From: Escherichia coli
Lineage (GTDB): Bacteria; Pseudomonadota; Gammaproteobacteria; Enterobacterales; Enterobacteriaceae
Direction: 5' to 3' (one strand)
Assembly: GCF_003019035.1 (NCBI RefSeq)
Contig: NZ_CP027447.1
Length of the DNA: 64,000 bases
Shown here piece after piece: positions 38,375 through 50,074 of this stretch (position 1 is its first letter; each line of letters begins with the position of its first letter). The position numbers and the translations under genes were made by a program. The notes under the pieces are model-generated. The model did no database searches. It was not told the origin of the DNA and was given only the letters and a program-made list of their open reading frames with translations.

Positions 38375-39454
38375 TTAACTGTTCAAATCAGAAGTCGTAT
38401 TCCCCGGTAGAACAATATTACTGGCAGCAAGTTCGCCCATGTTGTTATATATCGCACAGGCAGCTTCGATGATGGGCATCGCCAGAGCTGCGCCACTCCC
38501 CTCACCTAAACGCATCTCCATATTGAGATAAGGCTCCAGCCCCAAATGCGACAGCGCAATACGCGCCCCTTTTTCTGCCGACAGGTGAGAAGGAATGAGA
38601 TACGGTTTGATCGCAGGAGACATCTGGCAGGCTGCGAGCGCAGCAGCATAAGAAAGAAATCCATCCAGCAACACGGGTAAACCGCAGGAAGCAGCGCCTA
38701 ACATCACGCCAGCCATTCCGACCAAATCAAATCCACCCACTTTTGCCAGAACATTAACGCCATCCTGCGGATTTGGCTGATTCAACGTAATCGCCCGGCG
38801 CACAACATCAATTTTATTAGCCAGTTTATCTGTCGGCAGGTTTGCGCCAATCCCAACCACTTCTTCAGGATCCCGGCCAGTGATTGTGCTGACTATTGCT
38901 GCTGCCGGTGTCGTGTTTGCCATCCCCAGTTCACCTACACCAAACAGCGTGACACCGTTTTTTGCCAGCTCCCGCGTATAACATATGACGTCCAAAAGCA
39001 ACTTTTCAGCCTGACGGCGACTCATTGCCGGAGCTGAAGCAATATTGCCGCTACCTCGTGCGACACGCATGTTGATAAGCCCGGGGATAGGCTCAGCAGT
39101 ATCAATACCAACATCAATTACGTGGACGTTAGCGCCCGCTTGTGCTGCCAGCACACACACGCCGGTTGTTCCGCGGGTCATATTTTCAGCCTGTATGGCT
39201 GTCACTTCTTTTGGAGAAATAGCGACCCCTTCCTCCCAGACGCCGTGATCGGCACACATAACCAGTATCGCTTTTTTGCCCACATGCGGTATGCCATTCA
39301 ACCCCGGCATTCCCGCCAGTTGTACGCCAAGCGCCTCCAGCTTTCCCAGGCTACCAACAGGTTTGAGTAACCCGTCAATATGCCGTTGTGCACGCGACAT
39401 AGCGGCAGGATCGATGGCTGGGATCGTATTCAGTAAATTGGCAAGTGTTTGCAT
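38375..39454 (-). CDS. cobT: Nicotinate-nucleotide--dimethylbenzimidazole phosphoribosyltransferase
   Basis: 359 aa; last gene of cobUST operon. Confidence 0.9.
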   Translation of the reverse strand: MQTLANLLNTIPAIDPAAMSRAQRHIDGLLKPVGSLGKLEALGVQLAGMPGLNGIPHVGKKAILVMCADHGVWEEGVAISPKEVTAIQAENMTRGTTGVCVLAAQAGANVHVIDVGIDTAEPIPGLINMRVARGSGNIASAPAMSRRQAEKLLLDVICYTRELAKNGVTLFGVGELGMANTTPAAAIVSTITGRDPEEVVGIGANLPTDKLANKIDVVRRAITLNQPNPQDGVNVLAKVGGFDLVGMAGVMLGAASCGLPVLLDGFLSYAAALAACQMSPAIKPYLIPSHLSAEKGARIALSHLGLEPYLNMEMRLGEGSGAALAMPIIEAACAIYNNMGELAASNIVLPGNTTSDLNS

Positions 39455-39465
39455 GTCACGTCTCT

Positions 39466-40209
39466 TTATAGCAGTGCCAGCAGGAAGACCAGTTCACCAA
39501 GCTCTATGGCTGCTCCCAGCGTATCGCCGGTTTGCCCGCCCAGCGTACGTTTGAGAAGCTGACCGAGGATGAAAATCGCCACCATCGTCACCACCATAGC
39601 AGCCACACCATGCATACCCGGCAATAATACGGCAGCAAAAATAGCGGCTAAGCCGAGTGTGACGCAGGTTTGTCGCCCATCAATTTTGCCAATGAACACA
39701 TTGCCAAGCCCTTCTTCCCGCGCATAACGATGACGATACATCAATAATGCGGCAGTCCCGCGGCTGACCGCACATGCTGCCGCCAGCGATGCAAGGATCG
39801 GTTCGCCACGCAGAGCCAACTCGCTTAACACCAGAATCTTTGCCAGTACCACAAAAATCAATGCCAGACCGCCGTGGGTGCCTAAACGGCTATCACGCAT
39901 GATTTCCAACATGCGATCGCGGCTACGTGCAGAAAATACGCCATCACAGGTATCAGCGAGGCCATCCAGGTGGAATCCCCCGGTCATCAGCGCCAGCACA
40001 AGTACGCTAAACAGTGCCGCCAGTGGTACGCCACACCATGCCTGCAGCACCATGAAGACCAGCCCGCTAATCGCGCCAAGCAATAATCCAATCAAAGGAA
40101 AAGTAATAATACCGCGAGAATAATGCTCGAAATCCAGTCCCTGGGACCAGCGACGCGGTACAGGCAGACGCGTAATAAATGAGAGCATCGCCCAAAATAA
40201 TTTACTCAT
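39466..40209 (-). CDS. cobS: Cobalamin (5'-phosphate) synthase
   Basis: 247-aa membrane protein; start overlaps cobU stop. Confidence 0.85.
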   Translation of the reverse strand: MSKLFWAMLSFITRLPVPRRWSQGLDFEHYSRGIITFPLIGLLLGAISGLVFMVLQAWCGVPLAALFSVLVLALMTGGFHLDGLADTCDGVFSARSRDRMLEIMRDSRLGTHGGLALIFVVLAKILVLSELALRGEPILASLAAACAVSRGTAALLMYRHRYAREEGLGNVFIGKIDGRQTCVTLGLAAIFAAVLLPGMHGVAAMVVTMVAIFILGQLLKRTLGGQTGDTLGAAIELGELVFLLALL

Positions 40210-40751
40210 TTGATTTTTACTCCAATACCCGAAACCACCAGCCATACTTCATTTGCCGCAGCGGCCAACTGCTGGTTTACCCGCCCGGCAATATCACGAA
40301 AATGTCGTGCCAGACGACTCTCCGGCACAATCCCCATTCCCACTTCGTTAGTCACTAATACAACCTTTGCGGGGCAACGTTGGCAGGCAGCAATCAACGA
40401 CTGAATCTCAGCATTAATCGCCTGTTCCATCGCCTGATAATCCCATTCATCAGGGTCTTTATCGCCGCCATAATCAAACAACAGATTAGTCACCATTGTG
40501 GTAACGCATTCCAGCAGCACAGCCTCATTCGGGTTAATGTCTGCATGAATTAATTCATCAAGATGTTGCCAGCGCTCCACTGTGCGCCAGTGCGCCGGGC
40601 GGCCTTGCCGATGATGTTCTATCCGTGCAGCCATCTCATCATCAAGGATTTGCGAGGTAGCGATATACAGAACCTGTGAAGAGTCCCCAATAAGCGCCTC
40701 TGCGTGGCGACTCTTCCCGCTCCGTGCGCCCCCCGTCACCAAAATCATCAT
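40206..40751 (-). CDS. cobU: Adenosylcobinamide kinase / adenosylcobinamide-phosphate guanylyltransferase
   Basis: 181 aa; P-loop GGARSGKS. Confidence 0.9.
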   Translation of the reverse strand: MMILVTGGARSGKSRHAEALIGDSSQVLYIATSQILDDEMAARIEHHRQGRPAHWRTVERWQHLDELIHADINPNEAVLLECVTTMVTNLLFDYGGDKDPDEWDYQAMEQAINAEIQSLIAACQRCPAKVVLVTNEVGMGIVPESRLARHFRDIAGRVNQQLAAAANEVWLVVSGIGVKIK

Positions 40752-40884
40752 ACCGACTCCTGATTCAAATGTATGATGGTATTCATTGAACAGAACAATG
40801 GATCCCCCACCGTTGCTGACCGCAAAACATTTACGCGATTAATACTGCGCGTAATATAATTAAAAATCCAGCATTCTCAATCCA

Positions 40885-41391
40885 TTACGAAAGAAGATGG
40901 CATTGCGGAATAGCCAGACTTCCTCGTGTTAACGTCCGACAAAATGCGTCATTGACAGCGGTTTCTCTGGCATGACAGATTTCATTAAGATAATGGATTA
41001 ATGCTACAGCCCCACCCGCCGGACCATTCAGCAAACGGGCATTGTGTTCTGTAATCAAAATTACCGTCGTTCCCTCAGAATGAGCGAGCCATTCTGGTAC
41101 GGATATCTCGCTTTCAGCTGCTATCAATAGCAGCACTGAATAATCGCTATACGCATCTGATAACGATTGCACAGGCCCACCGTCAAAAGGCTGGAAATCT
41201 TGCTGCCAGTCCTCACCAACAAAACAGGTTATTGGCAATATTTCCGCCAGATGTTTCGCCAGATCCACATCTCCAGATAAGAGGCAAAAAAGAGCTATCG
41301 ATTCGGGTTTTATCGTTTTCATGCCCCTCGCCCTCCACTTAATTTCCTGTAATGGCGGTCTGGTTGATAAGCCATGAAACAAGATTGCCAC
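40885..41391 (-). CDS. Hypothetical ORF (168 aa) between cob leader and cobU; possible vestige of deleted cbi genes
   Basis: Intact ORF at the position occupied by cbiA..cbiP in Salmonella; no P-loop or amidotransferase motif seen. Confidence 0.3.
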   Translation of the reverse strand: MAILFHGLSTRPPLQEIKWRARGMKTIKPESIALFCLLSGDVDLAKHLAEILPITCFVGEDWQQDFQPFDGGPVQSLSDAYSDYSVLLLIAAESEISVPEWLAHSEGTTVILITEHNARLLNGPAGGAVALIHYLNEICHARETAVNDAFCRTLTRGSLAIPQCHLLS

Positions 41392-41529
41392 ACCTTAAGT
41401 GCAGCCCTGGTGCCTGTCGGCACTGCGATGAAAGAACTAAATGATGCCGCCATACCCTGATCCTTTCAGGGTGGTAGGGGTATAAAGACGCGCCTGTACT
41501 CTACCGGACGCTTCCGGGCAACCCACTTC

Positions 41530-41700
41530 CCACCGAAGTTGTTGGTATTGACTGACTGGCTGGTCTTCTGGCTTAGCGTCATCCTCTCCCGACCTTCCCA
41601 ATCTCGCGATCAGTGGCATTTTCGGGTTTGTCAGCATTACAGCAGCGGGGGCTGCGAGGGATTTTCACCCTCTTCCCAGGCACAAATGTGCCACACCTGT
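41530..41700 (-). promoter_or_regulatory. Cobalamin (B12) riboswitch-like leader of the cob operon
   Basis: Minus strand reads ...GGGAAGAGGGTGAAAATCCCTCGCAGCCCCCGCTGCTGTAA...GGGAAGGTCGGGAGAGGATGACGCTAAGCCAGAAGACCAGCC (B12-box-like). Confidence 0.65.
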
Positions 41701-41806
41701 CAGCGTATGTTATGAGCTGATTTCACTTTTCCCATAACAGGGAAATAACGTTAATTATTCATTCCAGAGTTTATTTAAACCGTCCTCTTTTTTTGGGGCA
41801 TTTACT

Positions 41807-42721
41807 CTATACCGTTTCCATCGCCGCATTATCACTCACTTGCTGTCGATACACCTGCGGCGTAACCTGATAAGTCTGACGGAAAACTTTGCAAAAATAA
41901 CTTGTTTGCGAAAAACCTAAATTACGCGCAATGCTGGCGATGCTCCAGTCACTATGGCACAGTAACTCACGAGCGCTGGCCATCCGTTGTTGGTTTACCC
42001 ACGCATTAAACCCGATTCCATGGTATTTCTTAAATAACTTACTGAAATAATAAGGGCTTAGATAAACGTGCGAGGCGACATCTTCCAGACGCAAATCGTC
42101 TGATAAATGCGCATCAATATAACGTAAAGCTTTTTTCATTTTATTGTCGTGGGGACCAGGCGCACGAGTCTGGCGCAACGAATCTGACTGAGATTTGTTC
42201 TCTTTAATAACCACAAAATTGAGTTGTTTTTTTAGGCAATTTTCTACAATCAACTTCAACAAATCCGCAGAGGCCATAACTCTTGAGTAATCCATCTCAG
42301 GGACTTTGCGAAATTCATTAAGTAATTCGGGATCTGCCTGCCAGCAATCATCGACATTCAGAATATCGACCAAATCGACATCATCATTACGCAGACGAAC
42401 TTGCCCGCACAATACAAAACCAACTAAATGTCCGGCGATTACCAGTGGAATAGAGAAATCGGTTAATCCGGCATGACAGCGATAAATACAAGGCTGATCG
42501 GATTTAGAGGCTTCCAGGCCCCCACAACGATCGCTCATGCGACATCGAGTGCTTAGCTGAGGGTGTTGCCGCATCATCTGACAAAATGGAGTGAAGTTAA
42601 ACAGCTCGGAAATTTCATCGCCGTGAATATTGACCACGACAACCGCAAGGCTGGTCGCCTGCGCAAAATCCTGCGCGATTTTATTAATGAGTTCTGAATT
42701 AAGTGTCGCCGCAGAAATCAT
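41807..42721 (-). CDS. pocR: AraC-family activator of pdu/cob regulon
   Basis: 304 aa; C-terminal AraC HTH; between cob leader and pduF. Confidence 0.85.
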   Translation of the reverse strand: MISAATLNSELINKIAQDFAQATSLAVVVVNIHGDEISELFNFTPFCQMMRQHPQLSTRCRMSDRCGGLEASKSDQPCIYRCHAGLTDFSIPLVIAGHLVGFVLCGQVRLRNDDVDLVDILNVDDCWQADPELLNEFRKVPEMDYSRVMASADLLKLIVENCLKKQLNFVVIKENKSQSDSLRQTRAPGPHDNKMKKALRYIDAHLSDDLRLEDVASHVYLSPYYFSKLFKKYHGIGFNAWVNQQRMASARELLCHSDWSIASIARNLGFSQTSYFCKVFRQTYQVTPQVYRQQVSDNAAMETV

Positions 42722-42923
42722 GATAAAACCTCCCAGTTAATTTATTGTTATAGCAAAACAATTGTTTTACATTTAATCTTCACATCATCCTTGATGATTT
42801 ACTGACGAGAAGCACAAAGGACAATAACAAAAGCCTCCGTGAAGCGGGAGACTTTTTAATAAGTTCGGAAAGCAGATCACAAACAGTAAAAAAATAAACG
42901 TTTATAACTGCCAGATTATTTCG

Positions 42924-43733
42924 TTATTCGCTGATTTCTTTAGGCGTTACACTATTGACAGGTAAATTCTTTGCAATGAGATAGCGATAAATCGCCGCAC
43001 CAACACATGCCCCAATGATCGGTGCAATAATGGGTACAATGAAATAAGGAATATTGCGTCCACCAGTCATCGCAATTTCCCCCCAACCCGCAAACCAGGT
43101 GAAAATTTTAGGTCCAAAATCACGCGCTGGATTCATGGCAAAACCGGTTAATGGTCCGGTAGAAGCACCAATAACAGCAACCAGAATACCAATGAGTAAA
43201 GGCGCAAGCGGTCCTTTGGGTACGCCATTACCGTCATCGGTCAACGCCATAATCAACCCCATTAACATGGACGTTATGACCACTTCGACCAACGCAGCTT
43301 GCCATACATTAATCGCCGCTGCTGGATAAGTACTGAAGATACTGGCGAGTTGTAAACTTTCTGCGCTACCACGCACTATATTGTGAGCCGATTCAAAATC
43401 GGTAAACAAACTGCTGTAGAGAGAATATGCCAGAACCGCACCACCAAAGGCACCCGCTAATTGCGCCACACAAAATGGCAGCACTTTACGGGCTGGGAAA
43501 GAGGCAAACAGCCACAGAGCAATGGTAACTGCCGGGTTGAGATGAGCGCCGGAAATACCTGCCGTAAGGTAAACAGCAAGCGAAATCCCTAACCCCCATA
43601 TGATACAAATTTCCCACAGTCCCAGACTTGCCCCGGCAACTTTCAGGGCGCACAAACAACCAATGCCAAAAAAGAGGAACAGTCCGGTGCCCAAAAACTC
43701 GGCAACGCATTGCGCCTTGAGTGAATCATTCAT
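42924..43733 (-). CDS. pduF: Propanediol diffusion facilitator (MIP/aquaporin family)
   Basis: Two NPA motifs (HLNPAVT, AMNPARD); divergent from pduA. Confidence 0.8.
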   Translation of the reverse strand: MNDSLKAQCVAEFLGTGLFLFFGIGCLCALKVAGASLGLWEICIIWGLGISLAVYLTAGISGAHLNPAVTIALWLFASFPARKVLPFCVAQLAGAFGGAVLAYSLYSSLFTDFESAHNIVRGSAESLQLASIFSTYPAAAINVWQAALVEVVITSMLMGLIMALTDDGNGVPKGPLAPLLIGILVAVIGASTGPLTGFAMNPARDFGPKIFTWFAGWGEIAMTGGRNIPYFIVPIIAPIIGACVGAAIYRYLIAKNLPVNSVTPKEISE

Positions 43734-44244
43734 AGTGACACCTTCTTTACGGAGTTTTTCTTTATCAGCCAACTATGCGCTGATTGTTGTGTATACCGAG
43801 CGCAACTATAAAAAATTGCTCTGCAGAAAATATTGCCAACATGCATGACAGACTCGTGTAAAAATCGTGCTAACATAACAAATTATTGTCATTGCCGAAT
43901 CATGCAACACAGCGTTAATCAGTGTTGAAAGTAATAATTCCCACCAAACTTTTACAGTAAAAAATTGCCATCATGACATAATAAAATTGAAACAAATATC
44001 ACAGTTCCTTCCTCGAACCAAACTCAACGAAATATTACTCGCGATTAAACTCACTAGACAACGCAATTAATTCACATTGAAACATCCACAAAATAACCAA
44101 TAAATTAATAACATATAGTTCATAAAAGCAATTTTATAATATTTGTTCTCTATTAATTTTTCTCATTAGCCGATTAAGTCAGCCATTCTTTTTCCTCGCT
44201 TTTTTTTATAGTCATATCGTCAAAAAAATCCAGGCGAGGTCTTT
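43734..44244. promoter_or_regulatory. pduF-pduA divergent control region (AT-rich, ~510 bp)
   Basis: Long AT-rich intergenic region between divergent operons. Confidence 0.5.
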
Positions 44245-44529
44245 ATGCAACAAGAAGCGTTAGGAATGGTAGAAACCAAAGGCTTAACTGCCGCCATAGA
44301 GGCCGCGGACGCCATGGTGAAGTCGGCAAATGTTTTGCTGGTCGGCTACGAAAAAATAGGTTCCGGGCTGGTGACCGTCATCGTTCGTGGTGATGTCGGG
44401 GCGGTAAAAGCGGCAACAGACGCAGGTGCCGCAGCTGCGCGTAACGTCGGCGAAGTAAAAGCCGTGCACATTATTCCCCGCCCACATACCGATGTCGAAA
44501 AAATCTTACCAAAGGGAATTAACCCATGA
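44245..44529 (+). CDS. pduA: BMC-H shell protein
   Basis: 94 aa; canonical BMC domain [30 protein letters not shown]. Confidence 0.85.
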   Translation: MQQEALGMVETKGLTAAIEAADAMVKSANVLLVGYEKIGSGLVTVIVRGDVGAVKAATDAGAAAARNVGEVKAVHIIPRPHTDVEKILPKGINP

Positions 44530-45338
44530 GCAGCAATGAACTGGTCGAACAGATCATGGCGCAGGTCATCGCTCGCGTAGCGACGCCAGAGTATGAGGTT
44601 CTCCCGAAAACCACTCATCAAATACGAGAGACGGCTATGGCAGAAAAAAGCTGCACGTTAACAGAATTTGTTGGCACCGCTATTGGCGACACTGTAGGTC
44701 TGGTCATTGCGAACGTTGATAGCGCCCTGTTGGACGCAATGAAACTTGAAAAACGCTATCGTTCCATTGGCATTCTGGGTGCGCGTATTGGCGCAGGTCC
44801 ACACATTATGGCCGCTGATGAAGCGGTAAAAGCCACCAACACTGAAGTTATTAGCATTGAACTTCCTCGCGATACTAAAGGCGGTGCCGGACACGGCTCA
44901 TTGATCCTCTTAGGTGGCAACGATGTTTCCGACGTGAAACGCGGTATTGAAGTTGCCCTGAAAGAACTCGATCGAACCTTTGGCGATGTCTATGCCAACG
45001 AAGCCGGACATCTTGAGCTGCAATATACCGCCCGCGCCAGCTATGCACTGGAAAAAGCGTTTGGTGCACCATTGGGACGGGCTTGCGGCGTTATTGTCGG
45101 CGCTCCAGCCGCTGTGGGTGTTCTGATGGCCGACACCGCGCTGAAGTCCGCCAATGTGGATGTCGTGGCATACAGCTCCCCCGCTCAAGGCACCAGCTAC
45201 AGCAACGAAGTCATTCTGATTATCTCGGGTGACTCCGGCGCGGTCCGCCAGGCGGTCATCTCCGCACGCGAAATCGGTAAAACCGTGCTTTCGACTCTCG
45301 GCGATACACCGAAAAACGATCGCCCTTCCTACATCTGA
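44526..45338 (+). CDS. pduB: Tandem-BMC-domain shell protein
   Basis: 270 aa; gene order. Confidence 0.8.
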   Translation: MSSNELVEQIMAQVIARVATPEYEVLPKTTHQIRETAMAEKSCTLTEFVGTAIGDTVGLVIANVDSALLDAMKLEKRYRSIGILGARIGAGPHIMAADEAVKATNTEVISIELPRDTKGGAGHGSLILLGGNDVSDVKRGIEVALKELDRTFGDVYANEAGHLELQYTARASYALEKAFGAPLGRACGVIVGAPAAVGVLMADTALKSANVDVVAYSSPAQGTSYSNEVILIISGDSGAVRQAVISAREIGKTVLSTLGDTPKNDRPSYI

Positions 45339-45356
45339 ATTCTCTGAGGCAGATTT

Positions 45357-47021
45357 ATGAGATCGAAAAGATTTGAAGCACTGGCAAAACGCCCGGTCAA
45401 CCAGGACGGTTTCGTTAAAGAGTGGATTGAAGAAGGCTTCATTGCGATGGAAAGCCCGAACGATCCTAAACCGTCAATCAAAATTGTTAACGGCGTCGTT
45501 ACCGAACTGGATGGAAAACCCGCCAGTCAGTTTGACCTGATCGACCACTTTATCGCCCGCTACGGCATCAATCTCGCGCGCGCAGAAGAAGTCATCGCGA
45601 TGGATTCGGTAAAACTTGCCAATATGTTGTGCGATCCAAATGTCAAACGTAGCGATATCGTTCCCCTTACCACAGCAATGACGCCTGCAAAAATCGTCGA
45701 AGTGGTTTCGCAGATGAACGTGGTAGAGATGATGATGGCGATGCAGAAAATGCGCGCCCGTCGAACACCATCACAACAGGCTCACGTCACCAACATCAAA
45801 GATAACCCGGTACAAATTGCCGCCGACGCAGCTGAAGGCGCATGGCGCGGGTTTGATGAACAGGAAACCACCGTTGCCGTTGCTCGCTATGCACCGTTCA
45901 ACGCCATCGCCCTGCTGGTCGGCTCACAGGTGGGACGTCCGGGCGTCTTGACCCAGTGTTCACTGGAAGAAGCCACCGAACTGAAACTCGGTATGTTAGG
46001 CCACACCTGTTACGCCGAAACAATTTCTGTCTATGGTACAGAACCTGTTTTCACCGATGGCGATGATACCCCGTGGTCAAAAGGATTTCTCGCGTCATCC
46101 TATGCGTCTCGCGGCTTAAAAATGCGCTTTACTTCCGGCTCCGGCTCTGAAGTACAGATGGGTTACGCGGAAGGCAAATCAATGCTTTATCTCGAGGCTC
46201 GATGCATTTACATCACCAAAGCCGCAGGCGTTCAGGGTCTGCAGAATGGTTCGGTAAGCTGCATCGGTGTTCCATCAGCTGTGCCATCAGGCATCCGCGC
46301 AGTATTAGCGGAAAACTTAATTTGCTCATCGCTGGATCTGGAATGCGCCTCCAGTAATGACCAGACCTTTACCCACTCGGATATGCGCCGTACCGCACGT
46401 TTCCTGATGCAATTTCTGCCAGGTACCGACTTTATCTCTTCCGGTTTTTCCGCTGTGCCGAACTACGACAACATGTTTGCTGGTTCAAACGAAGATGCTG
46501 AAGACTTCGATGATTACAACGTCATTCAGCGTGACCTGAAGGTTGATGGCGGGCTGCGACCAGTACGCGAAGAAGATGTTATCGCAATCCGCAATAAAGC
46601 CGCTCGCGCTTTACAGGCTGTCTTTGCCGGTATGGGACTACCGCCAATTACCGATGAAGAAGTCGAAGCGGCAACCTATGCCCACGGTTCGAAAGATATG
46701 CCTGAGCGCAATATTGTGGAAGACATCAAGTTCGCCCAGGAGATTATCAATAAAAACCGTAACAGCCTGGAAGTGGTGAAAGCCCTGGCGCAAGGCGGTT
46801 TTACCGATGTCGCCCAGGACATGCTCAACATGCAAAAAGCAAAACTGACCGGCGATTATCTCCATACCTCAGCCATCATCGTCGATGACGGACAAGTGCT
46901 CTCAGCGGTCAATGACATCAATGATTACGCAGGGCCAGCTACAGGTTACCGCCTGCAAGGGGAACGCTGGGAAGAGATCAAAAATATTCCCGGTGCACTT
47001 GATCCCAACGAAATTGACTAA
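45357..47021 (+). CDS. pduC: B12-dependent diol dehydratase large subunit
   Basis: 554 aa; MRSKRFEALAKRPVNQDGFVKEWIEEG... signature. Confidence 0.9.
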   Translation: MRSKRFEALAKRPVNQDGFVKEWIEEGFIAMESPNDPKPSIKIVNGVVTELDGKPASQFDLIDHFIARYGINLARAEEVIAMDSVKLANMLCDPNVKRSDIVPLTTAMTPAKIVEVVSQMNVVEMMMAMQKMRARRTPSQQAHVTNIKDNPVQIAADAAEGAWRGFDEQETTVAVARYAPFNAIALLVGSQVGRPGVLTQCSLEEATELKLGMLGHTCYAETISVYGTEPVFTDGDDTPWSKGFLASSYASRGLKMRFTSGSGSEVQMGYAEGKSMLYLEARCIYITKAAGVQGLQNGSVSCIGVPSAVPSGIRAVLAENLICSSLDLECASSNDQTFTHSDMRRTARFLMQFLPGTDFISSGFSAVPNYDNMFAGSNEDAEDFDDYNVIQRDLKVDGGLRPVREEDVIAIRNKAARALQAVFAGMGLPPITDEEVEAATYAHGSKDMPERNIVEDIKFAQEIINKNRNSLEVVKALAQGGFTDVAQDMLNMQKAKLTGDYLHTSAIIVDDGQVLSAVNDINDYAGPATGYRLQGERWEEIKNIPGALDPNEID

Positions 47022-47030
47022 GGGTGAGAA

Positions 47031-47699
47031 ATGGAAATTAACGAAAAATTACTGCGTCAGATTATCGAAGGCGTGCTGGCAGAAATGCAAACCAGCGACA
47101 AGTCCGTTTCATTTCGTGCACCTGTCTCTGCAACTGTCTCTTCAGTGCCAGATACCGGAAATTTTCTGACCGAAATTGGCGAAGCCCAACAAGGCACTCA
47201 GCAAGATGAAGTCATTATTGCTGTAGGCCCGGCGTTCGGCCTGGCGCAAACCGTCAATATCATCGGTATTCCGCATAAAAACATTTTGCGCGAAGTGATT
47301 GCCGGTATCGAAGAAGAAGGCATTAAAGCCCGTGTGATTCGCTGCTTTAAATCGTCCGATGTCGCATTCGTAGCAGTCGAAGGAGATCGTCTTAGTGGTT
47401 CAGGTATTGCTATCGGTATTCAGTCGAAAGGCACAACGGTTATCCACCAGCAGGGACTTCCTCCCTTGTCTAACCTGGAACTTTTCCCACAAGCGCCTTT
47501 GTTGACGCTGGATACTTATCGTCAGATTGGCAAAAACGCCGCGCGTTATGCGAAGCGCGAGTCTCCACAACCGGTGCCGACCCTCAACGATCAAATGGCA
47601 CGACCGAAATACCAGGCCAAATCTGCCATTTTGCATATTAAAGAGACGAAGTACGTGGTCACTGGCAAAAAACCGCAAGAACTGCGCGTGACGTTTTAA
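47031..47699 (+). CDS. pduD: Diol dehydratase medium subunit
   Basis: 222 aa; order and size. Confidence 0.85.
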   Translation: MEINEKLLRQIIEGVLAEMQTSDKSVSFRAPVSATVSSVPDTGNFLTEIGEAQQGTQQDEVIIAVGPAFGLAQTVNIIGIPHKNILREVIAGIEEEGIKARVIRCFKSSDVAFVAVEGDRLSGSGIAIGIQSKGTTVIHQQGLPPLSNLELFPQAPLLTLDTYRQIGKNAARYAKRESPQPVPTLNDQMARPKYQAKSAILHIKETKYVVTGKKPQELRVTF

Positions 47700-47713
47700 C
47701 AAAGGAAACCTTC

Positions 47714-48232
47714 ATGAATACCGATGCAATTGAGTCGATGGTCAGGGACGTGTTGAACCGCATGAACAGTTTACAGGATGCAGCTCCTGTTTCTGCGGTC
47801 CCCAGCGCGTCAATACAGAGCGCCAAAGTGACGGATTACCCGCTGGCAAATAAACATCCGGAATGGGTTAAAACAGCAACCAATAAAACGCTCGACGATT
47901 TCACTCTGGAAAATGTGCTAAGCGATAACGTCACCGCCCAGGATATGCGCATTACCCCTGAAACATTGCGTATTCAGGCTGCGATTGCCAGAGATGCTGG
48001 TCGCGATCGCCTGGCGATGAATTTCGAACGCGCCGCTGAGCTTACCTCAGTACCGGATGATCGCATCCTCGAAATCTACAATGCGTTACGCCCTTATCGT
48101 TCGACTAAGCAAGAACTTATTGCCATTGCTGACGATCTTGAACGGCGTTATCAGGCCAAAATTTGTGCTGCATTTGTCCGTGAAGCTGCGGAACTTTATG
48201 TCGAGCGCAAAAAACTGAAAGGCGACGATTAA
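47714..48232 (+). CDS. pduE: Diol dehydratase small subunit
   Basis: 172 aa; order and size. Confidence 0.85.
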   Translation: MNTDAIESMVRDVLNRMNSLQDAAPVSAVPSASIQSAKVTDYPLANKHPEWVKTATNKTLDDFTLENVLSDNVTAQDMRITPETLRIQAAIARDAGRDRLAMNFERAAELTSVPDDRILEIYNALRPYRSTKQELIAIADDLERRYQAKICAAFVREAAELYVERKKLKGDD

Positions 48233-48241
48233 GGACGAACT

Positions 48242-50074
48242 ATGCGATATATAGCAGGCATTGATATCGGCAACTCATCAACAGAGGTTGCGCTGGCAAC
48301 GCTCAGTGCAACTGGAGAGTTGTCGTTCGTGAGTAGCGCCCTGGCGGAAACCACCGGAATTAAAGGTACGTTGCGTAACGTCCATGGTATTCAGGAGGCG
48401 CTCGCACAGGCAACGAAAAAAGTCGGCATCAATGTTAGCGATATTTCGCTTATTCGTATCAACGAAGCAACTCCGGTCATTGGTGATGTGGCGATGGAAA
48501 CCATCACTGAAACTATCATCACCGAATCAACCATGATCGGTCACAACCCGAAAACGCCGGGCGGAGTGGGGCTGGGCGTAGGGCTCACCATCACTCCGCA
48601 AGAGTTATTAACATGCCCGGCGGACACACCCTACATTCTGGTGGTGTCATCGGCATTTGATTTTGCCGATATCGCAACAATGATAAACGCCTCCGTACGA
48701 GCCGGATATCAGCTGACTGGCGTTATTCTGCAACGCGACGATGGCGTGCTGGTCAGTAACCGACTGGAAATCCCTTTACCCATTGTTGATGAAGTCCTCT
48801 ACATCGATCGAATACCGCTCGGCATGCTGGCTGCAATTGAAGTTGCCGTTCCTGGGAAAGTTATCGAAACCCTGTCTAACCCGTATGGGATTGCCACCGT
48901 TTTCGCCCTCAATGCTGAAGAGACTAAAAATATTGTTCCTGTCGCGCGGGCGCTAATCGGCAACCGTTCAGCAGTGGTAGTGAAAACGCCTTCTGGCGAC
49001 GTTAAAGCCCGTTCGATACCCGCCGGAAATATCGAACTGCTTTCTGCCGGGCGCACAACGCGGGTTGATGTAGCTGCTGGTGCCGATGCCATTATGAAAG
49101 CGGTCGGTGAGTGCCCAAAACTGGAAAACGTGACGGGAGAACCTGGCTCCAACATCGGCGGAATGCTGGAACATGTTCGCCAGACCATGGCTGAGCTGAC
49201 CAACAAACCCAGCAACGAAATTTTTATTCAGGATTTGCTGGCGATAGATACCTCTGTCCCCGTCAACGTAACCGGTGGTCTGGCAGGTGAATTTTCACTG
49301 GAACAGGCTGTGGGTATTGCCTCTATGGTGAAATCCGACCGTCTGCAAATGGCGATGATCGCCAGTGAAATTAAGCAAAAACTACATGTTGATGTTCAGG
49401 TCGGAGGCGCAGAAGCAGAAGCCGCCATTCAGGGGGCCTTGACTACCCCTGGAACGACACGTCCACTGGCAATTCTGGACTTAGGTGCAGGCTCTACCGA
49501 TGCCTCCATCATCAATCAGAAAGGGGAAATAGTTGCCACTCACCTTGCGGGAGCGGGCGACATGGTAACGATGATTATCGCTCGTGAGCTGGGCTTAAAT
49601 GATCGTTATCTGGCAGAAGAAATCAAAAAGTACCCGTTGGCAAAAGTAGAAAGCCTGTTCCACTTACGCCATGAAGATGGCAGCGTTCAGTTCTTCCCTA
49701 CTCCCCTATCCCCTCATGTATTTGCCCGCGTTTGTGTGGTGAAACCTGACGAACTGGTGCCTATTCCCGGTGATTTGACGCTGGAAAAAGTACGCGCTGT
49801 CCGTCGTAGTGCGAAAGAGCGTGTCTTCGTAACTAATGCCCTGCGCGCGCTACGTCAGGTAAGCCCTGCAGGAAATATTCGCGACATTCCGTTCGTCGTT
49901 CTGGTGGGTGGTTCTTCGCTGGATTTCGAAGTACCGCAATTGGTCACCGACGCGCTGGCACATTATCGACTGGTCGCCGGGCGGGGGAATATCCGTGGTA
50001 GCGAAGGTCCGCGCAATGCGGTAGCTACTGGGCTCCTCATCGCCTGGCACAAGGAGTCGATTCATGGAAAGTAA
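48242..50074 (+). CDS. pduG: Diol dehydratase reactivase large subunit
   Basis: 610 aa; order. Confidence 0.85.
   Translation: MRYIAGIDIGNSSTEVALATLSATGELSFVSSALAETTGIKGTLRNVHGIQEALAQATKKVGINVSDISLIRINEATPVIGDVAMETITETIITESTMIGHNPKTPGGVGLGVGLTITPQELLTCPADTPYILVVSSAFDFADIATMINASVRAGYQLTGVILQRDDGVLVSNRLEIPLPIVDEVLYIDRIPLGMLAAIEVAVPGKVIETLSNPYGIATVFALNAEETKNIVPVARALIGNRSAVVVKTPSGDVKARSIPAGNIELLSAGRTTRVDVAAGADAIMKAVGECPKLENVTGEPGSNIGGMLEHVRQTMAELTNKPSNEIFIQDLLAIDTSVPVNVTGGLAGEFSLEQAVGIASMVKSDRLQMAMIASEIKQKLHVDVQVGGAEAEAAIQGALTTPGTTRPLAILDLGAGSTDASIINQKGEIVATHLAGAGDMVTMIIARELGLNDRYLAEEIKKYPLAKVESLFHLRHEDGSVQFFPTPLSPHVFARVCVVKPDELVPIPGDLTLEKVRAVRRSAKERVFVTNALRALRQVSPAGNIRDIPFVVLVGGSSLDFEVPQLVTDALAHYRLVAGRGNIRGSEGPRNAVATGLLIAWHKESIHGK

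Noticed and set aside
41437-41637. 66-aa minus-strand ORF
   Set aside because: Overlaps the cobalamin-riboswitch-like element; more likely non-coding leader RNA.
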